Below are positions 59,054 to 64,000 of a stretch of 64,000 bases of DNA, piece after piece; positions within the stretch are counted from its first letter, which is position 1, and the number at the start of each line of letters is the position of its first letter. A model generated the notes under the pieces. It saw only the letters and a program-made list of their open reading frames with translations, searched no databases and was not told the DNA's origin. Origin of the DNA: Candidatus Anderseniibacteriota bacterium. Lineage in GTDB: Bacteria; Patescibacteriota; Andersenbacteria; UBA10190. The position numbers were made by a program, and so were the translations under genes. Where the stretch lies: the NCBI GenBank assembly GCA_021414205.1, contig JAIOOW010000002.1, positions 404,171-468,170 on the forward strand, in the 5' to 3' direction.

Positions 59054-60562
59054 TTACTTCCCAAACTCCTCTACCACATTCACAAGTGTGCGGACGCCAT
59101 ATCCCGTTGCGCCAAACTGCCAGTACGGAATAAGTGGCATTTCTGCATACACTGGCCCTGCAATATCCATATGCGCCCATGGAACAGCTTCTCCTACTTT
59201 GTTTTTCTCAATAAATTCCTGCAGAAATAACGCGGCCGTAATAGCACCGCCCGTTTTCATCGCGGAGGTATTGCGCACATCCCCAATCATACTTTGCACC
59301 GTCGAGCGATATTCCTCCGGCAATGGAAATTCCACAACCCCTTCGCCTGTCTTCTTTGCAGATTCTTTAATAAGAGTATTCAAGCTCTGCGAGTTTCCAA
59401 ATAGGCCGGCATATGTTTCTCCTAGCGCAACCACACATGCACCAGTAAGTGTTGCTAGGTCAATAATTGCATCCGGCTTCAACGTCTGCGCATACGTAAG
59501 CGCATCTGCGAGAGTAACTCTGCCCTCCGCATCTGTATTTAGCACTTCTATCTTCTTGCCACTCATAGTATCCACCACATCACCCGGACGATACGCATCT
59601 CCAGATGGCATGTTTTCGCACGCTGCAATAATCCCATGAATTGCAATATCTGGCGCAAGGATTGGAAGCAGAGAAAATAATCCCAGCACTGTCGCGCCGC
59701 CTGCCATATCTATTTTCATATTCTCCATGTGAATAGAAGGCTTCAGCGATAATCCGCCGGAATCAAACGTAATACCCTTACCGATAAGTACGAGTGTTTT
59801 TTTAGGTTTTTTCTTCGGCCTATATTTCAAATGAATCACATACGGCTCTTCTTTACTGCCGCGCGCAACTGCAAGAAATCCAAACCATTTTTGCACCTGA
59901 GCCTGTTTGCGATTTAGCACAGTAATCGAAATATTCTTTGATGTTTTTGCGATCTTTTTCGCTTCTTGCACCAATACGTTCGGCGACATATGCGACGCCG
60001 GCTGATTTACCAAGTGACGAGTCAGTTCAACACCTCGCAATATCGAATGCGTTTTTTTAACTTCTTTTTTCGCAAGAGCTGCCTCTTTCTCCCCCGACAC
60101 ATGAATAACTGCTTCTTTTAAAGACCTCATATGCGCATCTTGCGCCATGGCCTTACTATGCTCCGTAAACCAGTAGTTCGTTAACATGAGTGACTCTACT
60201 ATTGGGCTGACATCCGAAACACTTGGAGCAAGAATTGCGATACGAGACACCATATGAACCCGCGCATCCATCAGTACTATTGCAAGCGCCCTGCGAAGGC
60301 CTTCAAAATACTTATCTTCATCATCCGCTTCTTTTCCAATGCCAAGCACTGCAATAAGAGGCGCATTCACGCCCTGAGGCGCTATAAAAAGTTCTGCACG
60401 CCCCCACTCCCCGGTAAATACTGCCTTTTTCATGGATGCCACTATACGAGCACTCACTTCTTTTGAGAAAATCTGCGTAAAATCAAGATTCTTCTGAGCC
60501 GGCACGATAATAATGTCTGCTGTAGCTTCCGCAATTGGTTGATGAGCAATAAGTATATTCAT
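59054..60562 (-). CDS. pepA: leucyl aminopeptidase (M17)
   Basis: NTDAEGRVTLADAL signature, 502 aa. Confidence 0.9.
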   Translation of the reverse strand: MNILIAHQPIAEATADIIIVPAQKNLDFTQIFSKEVSARIVASMKKAVFTGEWGRAELFIAPQGVNAPLIAVLGIGKEADDEDKYFEGLRRALAIVLMDARVHMVSRIAILAPSVSDVSPIVESLMLTNYWFTEHSKAMAQDAHMRSLKEAVIHVSGEKEAALAKKEVKKTHSILRGVELTRHLVNQPASHMSPNVLVQEAKKIAKTSKNISITVLNRKQAQVQKWFGFLAVARGSKEEPYVIHLKYRPKKKPKKTLVLIGKGITFDSGGLSLKPSIHMENMKIDMAGGATVLGLFSLLPILAPDIAIHGIIAACENMPSGDAYRPGDVVDTMSGKKIEVLNTDAEGRVTLADALTYAQTLKPDAIIDLATLTGACVVALGETYAGLFGNSQSLNTLIKESAKKTGEGVVEFPLPEEYRSTVQSMIGDVRNTSAMKTGGAITAALFLQEFIEKNKVGEAVPWAHMDIAGPVYAEMPLIPYWQFGATGYGVRTLVNVVEEFGK

Positions 60563-60588
60563 AGCTCATCAGCATACCTCAAGGCGTA

Positions 60589-61590
60589 TCAGGAAAACAA
60601 ACACTCCTCAATAAAGACCATTCCCGTTACCGGAACAAGCGACAATATATGCTTTCCATGCGGCAACCGCAAAGCAAGAGAATACCCCCGATCATTACGA
60701 ATGTGAACATACGTTCTCCCCCCTTGCTCTACGATATCTCTTCCGCGCATCCGTTCCGGAATCGGCTTGGAGTCTATCAGCACTTCAATACTACAATCCT
60801 CGCTCGATCGAGCAGAAAGCGTTACAGCATTTCCTAAAAAATGCACCACACATGCCTGGTCATCCGTAATTTGCCCATTAGTAATATGATCTTTTTGCAG
60901 AATCCACCAACCCGAAAGACCCCAATGATGTACCGGTAGCTTAAACTGTAAATGATATTGCGCAGGCTCCATCGGAGGAGATAGTGCAATTCCTTGCATG
61001 TGCGCGAACTCGGCATTAAATGCAATCTTCGGCGTTTGTTCATTTTCATTCGTAGCAGGAAACAGCTGCGTTTCCCGCACCTTTGGCAATTGCTCACGAA
61101 TCAATGTTTCGAGCTCATCAAACTTACCTTCGCCATCCTCGTCGTACTGAATAACTCCATGAGCACTTACAAGAATTTTCCGCGGCCAGACTTTGCATCC
61201 ATACCTCCTCCACGTAGTATACGAAGCGTCGTTTACGACAGGAAAATCGAGGTCAAACCTCAACACTGCCCCCTGAACTTTATCTGGATCAGCTGCAAGC
61301 TCAAGTTGAGGTGTATGTATTCCAATAATTAAAAAACCTTTTCCTTCGTACTGCTCCCACAATGCCCGTATCTGCGGAATATCCTGTAGCGAGGCAGGGT
61401 CCGTATAATCCCAAAAATATAACAAGACAACGGTGCCCGTTAAATCGCGCGTAAACTGCAATTCTTTATTCGCAACAACTACATCGCGTAACGATTGCGA
61501 CAGAGAGCTTACATTCATCCATCCGTCACCAGTAATATCAGGAGCCTTTTTATTGCGAAGAGATGTTTGAAACAGTTTCCACATAGTCAC
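60589..61590 (-). CDS. thioredoxin-fold (redoxin/AhpC-TSA-like) protein lacking the CxxC motif
   Basis: VLLYFWDYTDPAS where FWASWCxPC is expected; rest of fold conserved. Confidence 0.45.
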   Translation of the reverse strand: MTMWKLFQTSLRNKKAPDITGDGWMNVSSLSQSLRDVVVANKELQFTRDLTGTVVLLYFWDYTDPASLQDIPQIRALWEQYEGKGFLIIGIHTPQLELAADPDKVQGAVLRFDLDFPVVNDASYTTWRRYGCKVWPRKILVSAHGVIQYDEDGEGKFDELETLIREQLPKVRETQLFPATNENEQTPKIAFNAEFAHMQGIALSPPMEPAQYHLQFKLPVHHWGLSGWWILQKDHITNGQITDDQACVVHFLGNAVTLSARSSEDCSIEVLIDSKPIPERMRGRDIVEQGGRTYVHIRNDRGYSLALRLPHGKHILSLVPVTGMVFIEECLFS

Positions 61591-62163
61591 TTATAGCTCA
61601 GAATCTACGCCCGATTTGCGCGCCCATAAAGAAAAGCGCAGCCCCTTCTTCACATATTCTAATTCGCACCCCTCCTCTAGCACTATTTTCTCAACGAGCA
61701 TCCTTTTTGCGCGAGAAGGCATAGTAGCAATCGTTCCATCGCTGATACCGAGCAATGCGCCTTTTTTAAGCACGCGCAGCGCTTCTTGCAGCACAAAGGC
61801 AACCTCGCTATCTTCGATATACCCAATGGTATTAATTGCGATTACTACGTCAAACGATTCGCGATCAAACGGAAGACTTCTAATATCCGCCTTCTGGATT
61901 GCCAGCCGCTTGCCATACGTATCCTGCAACTCTGAAAATACCTCTTGCGCAGATTCATCAACCTCTACGCAGGTCAACTCCACATATGGAAATGTTTCAA
62001 GAATTGTCTGCGAAGTCCATCCGTGCCCGGCGCCAAGCTCTAGCACAGCACCTCGAACAGAATCTGGGCAGGTAGACAAAAATTTCGGAACATGACGCTT
62101 AATGTGCATGCGATGAGGCAGCGCATTATTCCACCATTTCCAAAATCCTACCGTACGACTCAT
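61591..62163 (-). CDS. class I SAM-dependent methyltransferase
   Basis: Motif I VLELGAGHGWTS; start taken at internal Met (track start 62259 overlaps next ORF). Confidence 0.7.
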   Translation of the reverse strand: MSRTVGFWKWWNNALPHRMHIKRHVPKFLSTCPDSVRGAVLELGAGHGWTSQTILETFPYVELTCVEVDESAQEVFSELQDTYGKRLAIQKADIRSLPFDRESFDVVIAINTIGYIEDSEVAFVLQEALRVLKKGALLGISDGTIATMPSRAKRMLVEKIVLEEGCELEYVKKGLRFSLWARKSGVDSEL

Positions 62164-62177
62164 ATGTCTCAAGCATA

Positions 62178-62381
62178 CTACATGTCCTGCTCTTTGCCAC
62201 CGGCAAAAATGACAAGCGACACAAGCACAGATAAAATCCCGACAATAATAGGTACCCATGGCTGCCCGCCTGCAAGATTGCGCAGGCTGTCATATAAGGC
62301 TGGAATCAAGTTGATAAGCCCTCCAATAAGTAGCAATACTGCTGCCCATAGTTGCAAATTTTTACTATTCATACGTAGCAC
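62178..62381 (-). CDS. small two-TM membrane protein (67 aa)
   Basis: Hydrophobic ORF wedged between methyltransferase and GH5-like gene. Confidence 0.3.
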   Translation of the reverse strand: MLRMNSKNLQLWAAVLLLIGGLINLIPALYDSLRNLAGGQPWVPIIVGILSVLVSLVIFAGGKEQDM

Positions 62382-63441
62382 CTCCTTTCAAAGTAAATAT
62401 TTTCTTGGCGATATCCCAATATACATCGTTGTGATTTACAGCCTTCTCCCAATACCAATATTCAACGCCCCACCAATATACTTCCGATAACTGCGTGCGC
62501 TGTGCAAATACTTCCAATTGTAAAAATCGATAAGGAGAGAACGATTGCAATCGCTCCGCAGACGACATCTGATTATACGGCTTTGTCCCCCACGGCTCGC
62601 CCTGCAGCTCTGAGATAATCACGGGTTTATGAAATAGTAATCCAACATAATGCGCTTTTAATCTGTATAGCCAGGAAGGAAACAAATAATCATAGCTGAA
62701 TAATTTTTTCGTCCGATTCGAAAATACTGTTCGATACATAGTTGTTCCGAGCTCATCCCCGTACTGCGCAGCCCCAAGCCAAGAATCAAGCTCTCCGGAA
62801 TCCGTAATTAGGATACTATGATCGCTGTCATGCGCGCGCACCACTCCTTGTTCTTGCGCTAAAAACTTCGTATCCGCTTTCGGGCAAATGCCGAAGAATA
62901 GCAACGGCTCGTTTTCCAACTGCCATCTATCCAGTGCGGGATTGTCTTTGTATCGAGCTATTACAATCGGAAGCATAGTTAATACTCTTTGCTGCTGCTC
63001 TTTCTCTGATAGCCCACTTGCCCAAGAAGGAATGTGACACTCTGGCCAACGAGGAAGCTTGCGCCCAATACTCAAAATGACGTGGGCATTGTGGCGTGCC
63101 GCTTCATTCATTTGATAATCCAAATCGGAAAAATCGTATACATCAGCTGAAGCAGGCTGAATCTCGTCCCAGTACGCAGATAAGCGCAGATGTTTTACTT
63201 GCAAGTCTTGCAAGATAGCATTATAGGTCTGTTTCCAGTCCAGCCCAATACCAGTAGCTTGGGGTGCGGAAAACGTAACACCAACCACTTGATGCACGGG
63301 TAAGAATGACGGGAAGGCGAGAACAAGAACAACAGTAATTATAACCCCGAGCACCGTGCCTGCCCAAATAGCCGCAGTCTGCCAAACAGTTGTTTTTCTT
63401 TTTTTCTTGCCGTTCTTCATACTAATAATCCTATTCCCCAA
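62365..63441 (-). CDS. membrane-anchored glycoside hydrolase family 5-like protein
   Basis: TM anchor; WQLENEP (GH5 N-E-P acid/base motif) and later catalytic-Glu context ISELQGEPW. Confidence 0.5.
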   Translation of the reverse strand: MGNRIISMKNGKKKRKTTVWQTAAIWAGTVLGVIITVVLVLAFPSFLPVHQVVGVTFSAPQATGIGLDWKQTYNAILQDLQVKHLRLSAYWDEIQPASADVYDFSDLDYQMNEAARHNAHVILSIGRKLPRWPECHIPSWASGLSEKEQQQRVLTMLPIVIARYKDNPALDRWQLENEPLLFFGICPKADTKFLAQEQGVVRAHDSDHSILITDSGELDSWLGAAQYGDELGTTMYRTVFSNRTKKLFSYDYLFPSWLYRLKAHYVGLLFHKPVIISELQGEPWGTKPYNQMSSAERLQSFSPYRFLQLEVFAQRTQLSEVYWWGVEYWYWEKAVNHNDVYWDIAKKIFTLKGGATYE

Positions 63442-64000
63442 CTCACCAAACCGATACCAACAATCTTCTGAACAACTGCGCCTCGGCCAATTTCTTCTTG
63501 AAATAATTTGGGGAAAAATAAAGAAACAATAATTGCAAGAACGAGAACGAATACATACTGCACTCCCTGCAACGCATTAACAACGGAAACGCTTCCAAGA
63601 CTAATAGCGTATGTTTGCAGTAAAAATGCTCCGGCAGCGAGCGTTTTATTAAAAATGAATGCAAGCGAAGTAACAATATTACGATGGTGATTGTTTTTGA
63701 CTCTTTTTTTCTTCGGCATCCGTATCCCCGCAAACCCCTTCGTCATAACAACGATACCAGCAAGCGCAATGAGGGCCTCGATAACTCGGGTAACAATAAA
63801 GATACCCAGAAATTGTCCCACAACATGATCGTATACATATTTCGTAACTGCAAAGTATGCGGCGAATAATACGCCCGCAATAATTGGCAACACAAAGTCT
63901 GACCCTTTTTTCGAAACGCCCTTAATCGCCAGCATCATCCCTCCTGCAATCAACAGCGCAATCCCAAACCCCTCCTTAGCTGTAAACTGCTCGCCTAAAA
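63417..64000 (-). CDS. EamA/DMT-family transporter-like membrane protein, 5'-partial (continues past window end)
   Basis: Multiple TM helices; frame stays open to position 64000. Confidence 0.5.
   Translation of the reverse strand, partial: LGEQFTAKEGFGIALLIAGGMMLAIKGVSKKGSDFVLPIIAGVLFAAYFAVTKYVYDHVVGQFLGIFIVTRVIEALIALAGIVVMTKGFAGIRMPKKKRVKNNHHRNIVTSLAFIFNKTLAAGAFLLQTYAISLGSVSVVNALQGVQYVFVLVLAIIVSLFFPKLFQEEIGRGAVVQKIVGIGLVSWGIGLLV

Noticed and set aside
1-64000. CRISPR arrays, transposases, integrases or prophage genes
   Set aside because: No regularly spaced short direct repeats, no DDE/tyrosine-recombinase motifs seen; the only repeats are intragenic domain repeats in the giant surface protein
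1-64000. Stop-codon reassignment (UGA=Gly as in some CPR lineages)
   Set aside because: Conserved genes (rpoB, rpoC, recA, uvrB, ftsK) are full length under the standard code, and TGA/TAA/TAG all terminate ORFs at sensible positions

Overview
The window is a gene-dense, roughly 43-45% GC bacterial chromosomal segment with many 4-bp start/stop overlaps. The mix of conserved housekeeping genes, archaeal-type PGI/PMI, giant secreted repeat proteins, many small or uncharacterised ORFs and scavenging-type nucleotide enzymes looks most like a Patescibacteria/CPR-like or other small-genome bacterium; this assignment is an inference. Housekeeping genes that can be called from motifs are uvrA (3'-partial), uvrC, secG, trpS, RNase J, a phosphohexomutase, znuABC with a divergent Fur-family (zur-like) regulator, ychF, rpsF-ssb-rpsR, cyclophilin, recA, a rodZ-like gene, ftsK, rpoB-rpoC, ruvA, uvrB, pepA, an M24 peptidase, a MurE-like ligase and a FemAB-family gene. 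One tRNA-Leu(CAG) lies directly upstream of two paralogous giant RTX-repeat / Ig-like secreted proteins. No CRISPR array, transposase or integrase was found. The observations most worth follow-up are: (1) an in-frame fusion of glucose-6-phosphate dehydrogenase and 6-phosphogluconate dehydrogenase; (2) a GC-rich two-gene islet (an unrecognised 466-aa protein plus a small membrane protein) preceded by a perfect 12-bp inverted repeat; (3) a translationally coupled NDT/DNPH1 - HAD nucleotidase - minimal nucleotidyltransferase operon; (4) an identical 15-mer sitting 5 nt upstream of the start codons of two adjacent genes, with a leaderless-like geometry; (5) an 860-bp non-coding gap between uvrA and uvrC; (6) an Arg/Pro-rich, GC-rich N-terminal extension on RNase J. 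All coordinates are from reading the sequence by hand and may be off by 1-2 nt.
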